The notes under the pieces are model-generated. The model saw nothing but the letters and a program-made list of their open reading frames with translations, was not told the DNA's origin and searched no databases. Shown here piece by piece: positions 1 to 10,169 of a DNA stretch of 64,000 bases. Position 1 is the stretch's first letter. Each line of letters starts with the position of its first letter. Made by a program: the position numbers and the translations under genes. The stretch is taken from contig JAKFXC010000058.1 of assembly GCA_021731625.1 (NCBI GenBank), forward strand, positions 815 to 64,814, in the 5' to 3' direction. The DNA is from Candidatus Omnitrophota bacterium. Lineage in GTDB: Bacteria > Omnitrophota > Gorgyraeia > Zapsychrales > Fredricksoniimonadaceae.

Positions 1-239
1 GCATCATGCTGCGCAAGGCCGACCTGATTTTCGTGATGACCAAGGGTCACCGGGCCCAGGTGCTGGATCTGGTCCCTTCCGTCGAGAAACGCGTGTACCT
101 GCTCAAAGAATTTGCCGACGACCGCGGGCATGAGACCGACCTGGATGTGCCGGACCCCATCGGCCGCGGCCATGCGGAATACCAGGAATGCCTGACGACC
201 ATTAAGGAGGCGGTGGATAAAATCGTGGATTTGCTATGA
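1..239 (+). CDS. Low-molecular-weight protein phosphatase family, C-terminal part (5' truncated by window)
   Basis: ADLIFVM...H...DVPDPIG motif typical of LMW-PTP/arsenate reductase fold; commonly precedes rpiB-glyA. Confidence 0.8.
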   Translation, partial: IMLRKADLIFVMTKGHRAQVLDLVPSVEKRVYLLKEFADDRGHETDLDVPDPIGRGHAEYQECLTTIKEAVDKIVDLL

Positions 240-691
240 ACATTTATGTCGGTGCCGACCACCGCGGGTTTGATTTAAAGAAAAAGACCGTTGCGTTGCT
301 TAAAGCCCTGGGCCATGCCGTGATCGACGTAGGCTCGCACACGCCAGACCCCTGTGATTATCCGCTCATTGCGTTGGCGGTGGCACAGCAAGTGGCCAAG
401 GATCCGCGGGCCCGCGGCATACTGTTGTGCCTGAGCGGTGTGGGCCATGCGATTGCCGCCAATAAAGTCCCCGGGGCTTATGCGGCCTTGGCCTACAATA
501 AGGAAGCCGCGATCTTGTCCCGGCAGCACAACGATGCCAACATTCTGGTGCTGGGATCAAAATTTGTCGACGAGAATGAAATCGGGGAAATCATCGAGGT
601 TTGGTTGGCGACCGCATTTGAGGGCGGCAGGCACCAGCCCCGCGTGGACCAAGTCAAAAACATCGAACAAAAATATATGAAGGGGTTATGA
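236..691 (+). CDS. rpiB: Ribose-5-phosphate isomerase B
   Basis: [31 protein letters not shown] and FEGGRH motifs. Confidence 0.95.
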   Translation: MNIYVGADHRGFDLKKKTVALLKALGHAVIDVGSHTPDPCDYPLIALAVAQQVAKDPRARGILLCLSGVGHAIAANKVPGAYAALAYNKEAAILSRQHNDANILVLGSKFVDENEIGEIIEVWLATAFEGGRHQPRVDQVKNIEQKYMKGL

Positions 692-1929
692 GCCACATTC
701 AAAAATTTGATCCGGAGCTTTTTTTGGCCATACAAGCAGAGCTCAAACGCCAGCGCAACAATCTGGAGCTTATTGCCTCGGAGAACATTGTTTCTGCGGC
801 GGTGCTAGAAGCTGCCGGCAGCGTACTCACGAATAAGTATGCCGAGGGATACCCGGGGGCCCGTTGGTACGGAGGTTGCGAGCACGTCGACGTAGCCGAG
901 AACCTGGCCATTGAGCGCGCCAAAAAATTGTTCCGGGCGGAGCATGTCAATGTGCAGCCGCATTCCGGATCACAGGCGAACATGGCCGTGTATATGTCGG
1001 TGTTAAAGACGGGGGACACGATTTTGGCCCTGGATCTCGCGTGTGGGGGGCATCTTACCCACGGCTTGAAAATCAATTTTTCCGGACGTACCTATCAGGT
1101 GGTTTCCTATAAGGTGGACCCCAAGACCGAAGAACTCGATTACGGCCAGATCGAGCAGCTAGCATTGGAACACAAGCCGCAGATGATCGTCGCCGGGGCT
1201 TCCGCCTATTCGCGTTTTATGGATTTCCGGAGATTTCGGGCCATCGCCGATAAGGTCGGGGCATATCTGTTTGTGGACATGGCCCACATCGCCGGGCTGG
1301 TGGCGGCTGGCCTGCATCCCGATCCGGTGCCGCACGCGCATTTTGTGACCACGACCACGCATAAGACGTTGCGAGGCCCGCGGGCCGGCATGATCTTATG
1401 CAAAGCCGAGTTTGCCAAGAAAATAGACAGCGCCATTTTTCCAGGCATCCAGGGCGGACCGCTGATGCATGTCATTGCGGCCAAAGCTGTAGCGTTTCAG
1501 GAAGCTCTGGCACCGGCGTTTAAGCAATACCAAAAAAATATCTTGCAGAACGCCAAAGCCATGGCTGAGGCGCTGACGCAGAAGGGTTTTCGCATTGTCA
1601 CCGGCGGCACCGACAATCATTTGTTCATGGTGGACTTGCGCGCCAAGAACATCAGCGGTAGGGATGCGGCCGCCGTCCTCGACCACGTGCAAATCACCGT
1701 GAATAAAAATTTGATTCCTTTTGATCCGGCACCTCCGACGGTGACCAGTGGGATCCGCATCGGCACCCCAGCGGTGACCACCCGCGGTATGGGTGTGCCG
1801 CAAATGAGGGCTATCGCGGACTTAATTGAGCGGGCCATTGCCAGCCGCGCCGATGAGGCCGCCTTGCAAGACATCCGTCGGGATGTGCAAAAGCTGACGG
1901 ATGAGTTCCCTATATACAAAGAGGCCTGA
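688..1929 (+). CDS. glyA: Serine hydroxymethyltransferase
   Basis: [29 protein letters not shown] (PLP lysine), SGIRIGTPA. Confidence 0.98.
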   Translation: MSHIQKFDPELFLAIQAELKRQRNNLELIASENIVSAAVLEAAGSVLTNKYAEGYPGARWYGGCEHVDVAENLAIERAKKLFRAEHVNVQPHSGSQANMAVYMSVLKTGDTILALDLACGGHLTHGLKINFSGRTYQVVSYKVDPKTEELDYGQIEQLALEHKPQMIVAGASAYSRFMDFRRFRAIADKVGAYLFVDMAHIAGLVAAGLHPDPVPHAHFVTTTTHKTLRGPRAGMILCKAEFAKKIDSAIFPGIQGGPLMHVIAAKAVAFQEALAPAFKQYQKNILQNAKAMAEALTQKGFRIVTGGTDNHLFMVDLRAKNISGRDAAAVLDHVQITVNKNLIPFDPAPPTVTSGIRIGTPAVTTRGMGVPQMRAIADLIERAIASRADEAALQDIRRDVQKLTDEFPIYKEA

Positions 1930-2417
1930 TGCGCTGTCCTTCCTGCCGCTATAAAGACACCAGTGTGGTGGATTCGCGCCTAAGCAAAGACGGTACTTCG
2001 ATCCGTCGGCGGCGCAAATGCTCCAAATGTGAAGAGCGATTTACCACGTATGAATACATCGAGCAGCTGCCGCTCATGGTGGTCAAGCGGGACGGGCGGC
2101 GGCAGGCCTTTGACCGTACCCGCATTTTAAACGGCATCATGAAGGCTTGCGAAAAGAGGCCGGTATCAGTCGAACACGTTGAAGAGTTGGTCGACGACAT
2201 AGAGCACGGCGTACGCAAGAAATTTGACCAGGAGGTTTTTTCCAAAGACATCGGGGAAATGATCATGAAACGGCTGGCGGCCCTGGACGAAGTGGCTTAC
2301 GTGCGTTTTGCCTCCGTCTACCGCCAGTTCCGCGATGTCAATCAGTTCATGGACGAAATGCGGATGATCTTAGGTAAAAATAAATTGAAACGTAAAAAGA
2401 AAAAGAAGTTGGAGTAG
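1929..2417 (+). CDS. nrdR: Transcriptional repressor NrdR
   Basis: CPSC...VVDSR...IRRRRKC zinc ribbon, ATP-cone, VAYVRFASVY. Confidence 0.97.
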   Translation: MRCPSCRYKDTSVVDSRLSKDGTSIRRRRKCSKCEERFTTYEYIEQLPLMVVKRDGRRQAFDRTRILNGIMKACEKRPVSVEHVEELVDDIEHGVRKKFDQEVFSKDIGEMIMKRLAALDEVAYVRFASVYRQFRDVNQFMDEMRMILGKNKLKRKKKKKLE

Positions 2418-2419
2418 CC

Positions 2420-2824
2420 ATGATTAGAGTAGAATTGTCCCGCATCATTATCGACGAGAAACGTCAGGACCAGGTGATCGTGCTTAAGGAAAAAGATGGG
2501 GAACGCCAGATCCCCATCGTCATTGGGTTTATGGAAGCCTCCAGCATCAAGATCAAAATTTCCGGCGTAGACGTGCCCCGGCCCATGACCCATGACTTGG
2601 TGGTGCAGATCTTAGAGGCCTTGGGCGCCCGCCTGGAGAAAGTCAGCATCGACAAACTCATCAACAATACGTTCCACGCCACGCTTGAGATCAAGAACAA
2701 GGACGGCGAATTAAAGTCCGTGGATGCCCGTCCGTCGGACAGCATAGCCCTGGCCGTGCGGTACAAAGCCCCCATTTTTGTGAGCGAAGAAGTGGCCCAG
2801 AAGTCCGCGACCAGTAATTTTTAA
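2420..2824 (+). CDS. Bifunctional nuclease family (DUF151) protein
   Basis: IPIVIG.EA, PRPMTHDL, DARPSDSIALA motifs. Confidence 0.92.
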   Translation: MIRVELSRIIIDEKRQDQVIVLKEKDGERQIPIVIGFMEASSIKIKISGVDVPRPMTHDLVVQILEALGARLEKVSIDKLINNTFHATLEIKNKDGELKSVDARPSDSIALAVRYKAPIFVSEEVAQKSATSNF

Positions 2825-2825
2825 A

Positions 2826-4241
2826 ATGTCTTTGCGCCAGGATTTTCCCCAGCTTGGGACCATTGATGATTTAGCCAAGGCCCGCCGAAGAAAGGTTTAT
2901 TTAGTCGGTGGGTTTTTGCGTGATTTGGCGTTGGGCAAAACCGGCAGTGATTTTGATTTTGCCGTCAGCAGCCATTCCCTCGACCTGGCCCGGAGTTTTT
3001 CCCGTCGAGTGAAAGGGGCCTATGTGCTCTTGGACCAAGAGCGCGGCAGCGCCCGGGTGGTCAAAAAGGAGGGGGGCGTTGATTGGACCTATGACTTTAC
3101 GGATTTTCGGGGCAAAGGGATCAGCGGGGATTTGCGGCGGCGAGATTTTACCGTAAATACGTTGTGTGTGGACTTGTCGACGGGGAAAGACTATTCTCCC
3201 CGGCTGGCTCGTAAAGATTTAAAGGCCAGGATCATCCGGATGGTTTCCCCTAAAGTTTTTTTGGATGACCCGTTACGCTTGTTGCGCGCTTTTAGCTTAG
3301 AGGCTCAGACTGGATTCAAAATTGACGCCAAAACTCTCGCCCGCATCAAAAAGGAGGCCCATTTAATCAGAGCCCCGGCGATGGAGAGGATTAGGGAAGA
3401 GATCTTCAAGATTTTGCATACGCCGCGGGCGTTTAAGACGATCACGGCACTAGACCGCGTCGGATTGCTAACTAGGGTGCTGCCTCAGCTCTGCGTCATG
3501 CACGGCATTAAGCAGGGAGGCTTCCACCATCTGGATGTCTGGAAGCATTCACTGGAGGTCTTAAGCCAATTGGAACAGTTGCTTCCCGAATTTGAGAAAG
3601 ACCCCGCCATTAAGGGTTACTTCGACGAGGAAATCGGTGGCGGACATACCCGCATCTCCCTGATAAAATTGGCTGCTTTGCTCCACGATGTCGGTAAACC
3701 CGAGACCCGCAAAAAAGAAGGGGCCCGCATGACCTTTCATGGGCATGAGCACGCGGGCAAGGCCATTACCCGCCAGGCGGCCAAGCGTTTGAAATTGTCT
3801 GTCAAAGAGCGATATTGGCTGGAGAATGCGGTGCGCATGCATTTGCGGCCAGGCTACCTTTCCAATTTCAAACGCCCGACGGCTAAGGCGATGTTTCGCT
3901 ATATGCGCGATACCAAATCCGAGGCTGCGGCCATTGCGATTTTGGCCATGGGAGACCAGCGCGCCACGCGGGGGCCTTTGACCACAGCAGCCAAGGCTAA
4001 GCACCACGAGCGCATTTGCCGTATGATGATCGAGGAATATTTTACGGTGAAAGCCAAACCGGTCTTGCCGCGCTTGCTCACCGGGCATGATTTGATTAAG
4101 ACTTTAAAGCTTAAGCCCTCGCCGATGTTTGCCGAAATTCTGACGGCCGTGCAGGAGGCCCAGGCTTTAAAAACGATCACCACTAGAGCCCAGGCGCTGG
4201 CGCTTGCGCAAGACCTGGCGACCAAAAACCATGCTTTATAA
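2826..4241 (+). CDS. Class II tRNA nucleotidyltransferase with HD domain (probably CC-adding type)
   Basis: YLVGGFLRD, DFDFA, DLRRRDFTVN, DDPLRLLRAF, ERIREE, LLHDVGKP. Confidence 0.88.
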   Translation: MSLRQDFPQLGTIDDLAKARRRKVYLVGGFLRDLALGKTGSDFDFAVSSHSLDLARSFSRRVKGAYVLLDQERGSARVVKKEGGVDWTYDFTDFRGKGISGDLRRRDFTVNTLCVDLSTGKDYSPRLARKDLKARIIRMVSPKVFLDDPLRLLRAFSLEAQTGFKIDAKTLARIKKEAHLIRAPAMERIREEIFKILHTPRAFKTITALDRVGLLTRVLPQLCVMHGIKQGGFHHLDVWKHSLEVLSQLEQLLPEFEKDPAIKGYFDEEIGGGHTRISLIKLAALLHDVGKPETRKKEGARMTFHGHEHAGKAITRQAAKRLKLSVKERYWLENAVRMHLRPGYLSNFKRPTAKAMFRYMRDTKSEAAAIAILAMGDQRATRGPLTTAAKAKHHERICRMMIEEYFTVKAKPVLPRLLTGHDLIKTLKLKPSPMFAEILTAVQEAQALKTITTRAQALALAQDLATKNHAL

Positions 4242-4908
4242 AATGGACAAGACGGTTTTGCGGGTCAGCGGCAATGCCGCGGCCTTCTTAAACGGCCTGA
4301 CCTCCAATACCCTGGACTTGCCGCACAATGCGTTCCTGAATGTGCACGGCCGCATCATCACCACCTTTGACCAGGTGCAATCCGGACCGGACGAATTTTT
4401 GATTGTCATTTTTGCTGGTGCTTGGGAGGCACTGAAAGCACATACGGAAAGATTTTTGCGCCTAAACAAAACGTCGCTGGAACCGATAGAATGGAATGTG
4501 TATTTCGATGCCAGCGGCATGCATCCCGTCGAGGAAGGGGATTTCGTTATTCCCCAGCGGTCCGGCCGCATGATTGTGACCCCGCAATTCTGGGTCCCCA
4601 CCATGTCGGCGGATGCGTTTACCCTGTTTCGCCTACAACACCATATCCCATTACATGGCGTCGATTACCACGATGAAATGGTCTTAAACGTGCACGAGTA
4701 TGATTTTGTCTCCTACACCAAAGGGTGTTTTTTAGGTCAGGAGCCCATTGCCAAGGTTCACAACCGCGCCCGACCCACCTGGAAACTGGTGGTGGTGTCG
4801 GCCGATGACTTGCCGACAGAAGAACGCTCCCGTATGACTTCCAAAATCCTCGACCCTAAAACCCAGCGCGTGCAAGGGTTTAGCTTTGTGCCGAACCGCG
4901 AGGTTTAG
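4231..4908 (+). CDS. YgfZ/GcvT-like folate-binding protein
   Basis: FLNGLTSN and SYTKGCFLGQE (YgfZ signature KGCYxGQE); ATG at 4231 preferred. Confidence 0.85.
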   Translation: MLYKMDKTVLRVSGNAAAFLNGLTSNTLDLPHNAFLNVHGRIITTFDQVQSGPDEFLIVIFAGAWEALKAHTERFLRLNKTSLEPIEWNVYFDASGMHPVEEGDFVIPQRSGRMIVTPQFWVPTMSADAFTLFRLQHHIPLHGVDYHDEMVLNVHEYDFVSYTKGCFLGQEPIAKVHNRARPTWKLVVVSADDLPTEERSRMTSKILDPKTQRVQGFSFVPNREV

Positions 4909-4967
4909 AGCAGCCCAGCCGGTTGTCCAAACTGGTAAAACAGCCCGCGTTGTTGTAGACTTCCTAC

Positions 4968-7900
4968 ATGCCCCCAGACTTAAACTTAAAATGTGTTATG
5001 TTTTGTGCGCTGGTTTGCTTTGGGGCTATGCCGTGCCTGCCCGCCCCTTTCGTGGTGGCTCAGGAAATGGTCGCGCTGCCGGCCCCCGGGACCAGGGTAC
5101 ATTTAAGCCCCGCGTTTGCGCCGCCGGTGCTTAAGGGAATCAAAATCCATCCGGATAATCCTTTCCGCATTGAGTTTGTGTTGTCCCAGGGGGACGCTGT
5201 GTTCCCGGAAGTAGATGCACTTAACATGGAACTCAAAAGGGAATCCACCAAGCTCATCAAATATTTTCTTGCTGCGCTGACCATTCCCGAAAAAGACTTG
5301 TGGGTCAATTTGTCCCCCTATGAACAAGACCGTATTGTGCCGGAATTTTTTGGCCAGACCGAAATGGGTCGGGATTTATTGACCCAGGATTATATGCTTA
5401 AACAGATCACCGCCAGTTTGATTTATCCTGAAGATGAGATCGGCAAACAATTTTGGAAACGTGTGTATGAAGAAGCTGGTAAAGAGTTCGGCACCACAAA
5501 TATTCCGGTCAACACGTTTAACAAAATGTGGATTGTTCCGGAACAGGCAGTCGTATACGAAAATGCCAAGTCGGGATCGGCATATGTGGTCAGATCAAAG
5601 TTGAAAGTCATGCTGGAGGCGGATTACTTGGCCCTGAATAAAAATGGCAGCGGCGCCGTGCCTCCGAAGGATGTCAATTCTTTGGCATCAAAAATCGTGC
5701 GCGAAATTGTCCTTCCCCAGTTGACCAAGGAGGTGAATGAAGGCAGGAATTTTGCCATGTTGCGCCAGATATTTCATTCATTGATATTGGCAACCTGGTA
5801 TAAGAAAAAAATCAAGGAAAGTGTCTTAACTCAGGTGTACAGCGACCAGCAGAAAATAGCCGGCGTTGACACTGATGATCCGTCGGAGAAAGAACAAATA
5901 TACCAAGGGTATCTGCAATCCTTCAAAAAAGGCGTTTACAATTACATCAAAGAAGAACAAGACCCTTTCAATCATCAAAGCGTTTCCAGAAAATATTTTT
6001 CCGGAGGAATGCAGATGGCGACGCCGTTGACAGTGACAAATGATCTTGCACATGAAGACAGAAACCCGGTTTTTGCCGGAGAGAAAAGATTTTTGGTGAG
6101 GTCAGATTTGGCAATGGCCGCCAAAGCCGCGACGTCAGAGAAATCCGAGCGATCAGATCTGCAAGAAAGGATAAGACGATTCAGCCTGGAGGTGGAGAGT
6201 TACGGTTCCGGCATGATGGACCCTTATAGCGTGTTAGGACGACGGTATAGCCTTACCCGTTACCAAATTGTGGAAATTCTCAAGGAATACGGGTATGAAA
6301 GAAATCATCTCATCGCTGTGGCGGCTATACAAAAGCAAAAAAAAGCCGAGAAAAGAAAACAGCAAAGGCTAAAGGCCCGCGCGCTTCGGATCAAAGAGGC
6401 CGTGTATGCCGCTGTGGACCGCATTGAGGGTTTTTCCGAGGCCAGGCGGAAAAATAAATACGAACTGATGGCCCAATTGTTTAGAAAGCATATTAAAAAA
6501 TTTAGAGGAGGAGCAAGTGCGTTCTTTTATAAAAATGGCAGGGTGACTGGGCTTGATAAAACGGGCAGCCCGTATGCCCTTATGAAATTCGTTTTCCCCC
6601 AATGTTTCGATGACCATAATCCCAAGCTTCTAAGTTTAGCGGACTTCCCGGTCAAAATCCATTTTACAAAAACCATGGCCAAGGCGGTTATTTTAGATGC
6701 GCTGGATCAAATCGATGGATTTGCACAGGCCAGAGCGGACGGGAATGTCCGGGTCATGAAAGAAAAATACCTTGAACATGTGAGAGGTTTTAGAAGGAAA
6801 GTCCGCGGTGGGTTCATTGAGGGTGACCTCGCTTATTTTAAACAATTCCCATTGGTGCGCAGAGTGATGAATAAAAAGCGGCGGTATTTAACGAGAAGAG
6901 ACAGTCCGTTGGCCCTATTGAAATTCGCACTACCCGCATTGGTTAATGACAAAAACCCGGACGCATTGAAATTGGCGGATTTCCGGTATTTGCATTTAAC
7001 AAAAAGGAAGGCCGTAAAACTGATTAATGACGGGTTGTCCACTATCAGAGGGTTTCAACTGGCCAAGGTAAAGGGCGATATCAAGAAGATGCGAGAACTG
7101 TACATCGAACACGTCATCGGGTATTTAGAGATCATCGATGGAAGGGTAGAGAGCGGCCAGCAGGCGTTCTTTTTTCGATTTCCGGCCATAAAGCGGTTGG
7201 TGTTTGAGAAACATGCTTTCCTGGGGAATGCGCACAGCATTGTGGCCTTGGTGAAACTCGCCGTGCCGCAGTTATTTGATCCCAAAAATCAGGAGGCGCT
7301 GACGGTGGCAGATCTATACCATCGGAAGCATTCTCCTGTATCCAGGTTGAGGATAACCATCAGAAGCGAATTTTATAAAATTTGGGGATTCCGCGAAGCC
7401 CAAAAACAGGGCGATGCCAGAAAAATGAAAGAACTGTTTTTTACTCATATTAAAGGGTATGCGAGGAGACAGAAGGAAACAGTGGTGGGCGGAACTCTGG
7501 CTTTTTTTGACCAATTTCCGGAGGCCCGAAAGTTGATATCGCCAACGGCGGCTGACTCAGCAAATCAATTCGCCTGCTGGGTCCTGGCAGGGCTTCCTTT
7601 TCCGGAATTAACAGATAAAAAAAATCCGCACGCTTTGCGTCTTGGAGATTTTGATGGCCAGTTTATTGTTTACAAATTTTCGGAAGTGCGTCAGGCCATG
7701 CTAAAGGCCCTTTACACAATCAAAGGGTTTGATTCGGCGAGGCATCTTGCTAAAGTTGAGAGGATGCAATCATTATATCAAAGGCACGTGCACAACTTTG
7801 AATCGTACAGCGGGGTCCGAGGTGAAAGGGCATTTTTCCGGCAAGTCCCGTTGTTAAAGAAAATAATTCCCTTAGAGAATTCACGATTGAAAGGGAAAAT

Positions 7901-8183
7901 AGAGTTGAAAGATTTACTCATGATGGTTGCGCCGCAAGTGGTTACGAGAATGGGGGACAGCGCCCAAATGGGCGGTATCGATTTGCAAGCAGACAAAGTA
8001 AACCTTGAACTGCAGAACTCCGGTCAGACAATTCAATTTAAAACCGACCCGGCCATGCTTAAGCAGCTCCAAAACGCCCCCGGTTTTGTGCCGGTCATTA
8101 TTGATGTCCAGCCCATGACTGATCTTAGACTTTTCCTCGGCTTGACAGACGAAAAGTCTTCCATAAAAGCGGCCGCTTCGTAA
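4968..8183 (+). CDS. Large modular exported protein: conserved N-terminal domain, five ~110-aa repeats, conserved GGIDL C-terminal domain
   Basis: Signal-like N-terminus; region ~5075-6008 and tail from 7971 align by eye with the 48470-54967 protein; central repeats visible in translation. Confidence 0.85.
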   Translation: MPPDLNLKCVMFCALVCFGAMPCLPAPFVVAQEMVALPAPGTRVHLSPAFAPPVLKGIKIHPDNPFRIEFVLSQGDAVFPEVDALNMELKRESTKLIKYFLAALTIPEKDLWVNLSPYEQDRIVPEFFGQTEMGRDLLTQDYMLKQITASLIYPEDEIGKQFWKRVYEEAGKEFGTTNIPVNTFNKMWIVPEQAVVYENAKSGSAYVVRSKLKVMLEADYLALNKNGSGAVPPKDVNSLASKIVREIVLPQLTKEVNEGRNFAMLRQIFHSLILATWYKKKIKESVLTQVYSDQQKIAGVDTDDPSEKEQIYQGYLQSFKKGVYNYIKEEQDPFNHQSVSRKYFSGGMQMATPLTVTNDLAHEDRNPVFAGEKRFLVRSDLAMAAKAATSEKSERSDLQERIRRFSLEVESYGSGMMDPYSVLGRRYSLTRYQIVEILKEYGYERNHLIAVAAIQKQKKAEKRKQQRLKARALRIKEAVYAAVDRIEGFSEARRKNKYELMAQLFRKHIKKFRGGASAFFYKNGRVTGLDKTGSPYALMKFVFPQCFDDHNPKLLSLADFPVKIHFTKTMAKAVILDALDQIDGFAQARADGNVRVMKEKYLEHVRGFRRKVRGGFIEGDLAYFKQFPLVRRVMNKKRRYLTRRDSPLALLKFALPALVNDKNPDALKLADFRYLHLTKRKAVKLINDGLSTIRGFQLAKVKGDIKKMRELYIEHVIGYLEIIDGRVESGQQAFFFRFPAIKRLVFEKHAFLGNAHSIVALVKLAVPQLFDPKNQEALTVADLYHRKHSPVSRLRITIRSEFYKIWGFREAQKQGDARKMKELFFTHIKGYARRQKETVVGGTLAFFDQFPEARKLISPTAADSANQFACWVLAGLPFPELTDKKNPHALRLGDFDGQFIVYKFSEVRQAMLKALYTIKGFDSARHLAKVERMQSLYQRHVHNFESYSGVRGERAFFRQVPLLKKIIPLENSRLKGKIELKDLLMMVAPQVVTRMGDSAQMGGIDLQADKVNLELQNSGQTIQFKTDPAMLKQLQNAPGFVPVIIDVQPMTDLRLFLGLTDEKSSIKAAAS

Positions 8184-8253
8184 TACGGCACCATCTAACC
8201 CTCCCGCGGAAATATTTTCCATTTTCCAGAGTTGTGCTAGAATGTTGGCACTT

Positions 8254-9393
8254 ATGGACATCCGAACCAAGTCCGTGCACACGGGCGTCAATATCGACAA
8301 GACATTTAATTCGGTGATCACCCCGATCTACCCGACGTCCACCTTTTATTTTGACGAGGTCGGCAAAGGCAAGGGTTATGATTACACCCGCAGCGGCAAC
8401 CCCACCCGGGCCGCCCTGGAGGCCAACATTGCCGCCCTGGAAGAGGGTGTCAATTGCTCGGCCACGGCCACCGGCATGGCCGCCATCACAGCCGTCATGT
8501 TCTTCTTAAAACCCGGCGACCATATCATTGCCGGCGATGACATTTACGGTGGGACATACCGGCTGTTTAATGCGGTGCTTAAGCCCATGGGCTTTAAGTT
8601 TTCCTTCATCAATATGAGGGACTTGAAGGCGGTCAAAGACAGCGTCGGCAAAGACACCAAAATGATTTGGATCGAGACCCCGTCGAATCCGTTGCTAAAC
8701 ATCGTTGACATTGCCGCTGTTGTGGACATCGCGCACAAGAAAAAGCTGCTGACGGTTGCGGACAATACTTTTTTGTCTCCGTATTTTCAAAAACCGCTGG
8801 CGTTGGGTGTGGACATCGTTGTTCATTCCACCACCAAATATTTAAATGGCCACAGCGACGTGGTTGGTGGGGCCATCATCTATGGCAACAAAACCCTGCA
8901 GGAGCGCGGCCGTTATTTAGTCAACGCCTTAGGCGTTTCCCAGGCGCCGTACGATGCCTGGCTGGTCTTGCGTGGCGTCAAGACTTTGGCCCCGCGGATG
9001 GACGTGCATCAGGCCAATGCCCTCAAAGTCGCCCGCTTTTTAGAGGCTCACAAGAACGTTAAAAAAGTTTATTATCCGGGTCTTAAAAGCCACCCCCAGC
9101 AGGGTTTAATCAAAAAACAGATGAGCGGGTTTGGCGGGATGTTGGCGTTTGACTTAAACACTAAAAAAGTGACGCTCAACCAATTGTTTAGGAAATTAGA
9201 GTATTTTGCCCTGGCGGAATCATTGGGTGGGGTGGAATCTTTGATTGAGACGCCGTGGTTCATGAGCCACGTCTCCATGGGCGAGGCAGGCCTGAAAGCC
9301 TCCGGCATTACGCCGGAGACCGTGCGCGTCTCCGTCGGAATCGAAGGCGCCGAGGACTTGATTGCGGATTTAAACCAAGCGTTGAAAGGTTAA
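8254..9393 (+). CDS. Cystathionine gamma-synthase/lyase (PLP transsulfuration family)
   Basis: YTRSGNPT, WIETPSNP, VVHSTTKYLNGHSDV, AESLGGVESL; metB versus metC/mccB cannot be resolved. Confidence 0.93.
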   Translation: MDIRTKSVHTGVNIDKTFNSVITPIYPTSTFYFDEVGKGKGYDYTRSGNPTRAALEANIAALEEGVNCSATATGMAAITAVMFFLKPGDHIIAGDDIYGGTYRLFNAVLKPMGFKFSFINMRDLKAVKDSVGKDTKMIWIETPSNPLLNIVDIAAVVDIAHKKKLLTVADNTFLSPYFQKPLALGVDIVVHSTTKYLNGHSDVVGGAIIYGNKTLQERGRYLVNALGVSQAPYDAWLVLRGVKTLAPRMDVHQANALKVARFLEAHKNVKKVYYPGLKSHPQQGLIKKQMSGFGGMLAFDLNTKKVTLNQLFRKLEYFALAESLGGVESLIETPWFMSHVSMGEAGLKASGITPETVRVSVGIEGAEDLIADLNQALKG

Positions 9394-9394
9394 G

Positions 9395-10168
9395 TTGGAT
9401 CGCTCGCTCTCCACATATTGGTTTTTATCCCTTGTTGTGCTGGCCCTCGCTGCTGGCCCCCGGGATGCCTTTGCCGCTTTGCCGGACATCGAGGCCGCGG
9501 TCATGGACAAGAATTACACCCAGGCGAGATCTTTGGCGGCCAAAGTCTTGCAGGAGAGCACAAACTCAAAAGAGCGCACCGAGGCGGAATATTATTTGGG
9601 TTTAAGTCAATTGCGGTTGGGGGAATACGCGCAAGCCCGCAAGGCATTTCAGGTTGTCATGGCCGCGTCGTCGATCCCGGAACTGTATGACAAAGCTGGA
9701 CTCGGGATGGTCGAGAGCTATTATATGGCCGGGTTTTATAAAGATGCGCGTAAGGCCGGGGAGGCCTTGTTGCGCAAGAGTCCTGATTCGCAATCGAAGA
9801 GTCTGATTTATCTAAAACTCGCCCGGGCGCATTTAAAATTGATGCAATGGCAAAAAGCCAAAGAGTATTTGCTCAAAATCCTGGCCGAGTTTCCGCAGAG
9901 TTTCGAAGCGCCCATTGCCAAAGGCCTGCTGGAAGAAAAAGAATATTTTACCGTGCAGGTGGGGTCATTTTTGAATCAGGACAAAGCCGTCCGCTTGACC
10001 GAGGAATTAACAGCCAAAGATCAGTACGCGTACATCGTCGAGACCGTCTCTGCCGACGGGAGAAAATTTTACCGTGTGCGGGTCGGCCAAGTCACTTCTC
10101 TGGGCGATGCCCAGGCCCTTCAGACCACGCTGTCGCGGGAGGGATACCCCACCCTGATTTATCCTTAG
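9395..10168 (+). CDS. Periplasmic TPR + SPOR domain protein
   Basis: Signal peptide, TPR-like helices (AEYYLG), C-terminal FTVQVGSF...YRVRVG SPOR motif. Confidence 0.85.
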   Translation: MDRSLSTYWFLSLVVLALAAGPRDAFAALPDIEAAVMDKNYTQARSLAAKVLQESTNSKERTEAEYYLGLSQLRLGEYAQARKAFQVVMAASSIPELYDKAGLGMVESYYMAGFYKDARKAGEALLRKSPDSQSKSLIYLKLARAHLKLMQWQKAKEYLLKILAEFPQSFEAPIAKGLLEEKEYFTVQVGSFLNQDKAVRLTEELTAKDQYAYIVETVSADGRKFYRVRVGQVTSLGDAQALQTTLSREGYPTLIYP

Positions 10169-10169
10169 C

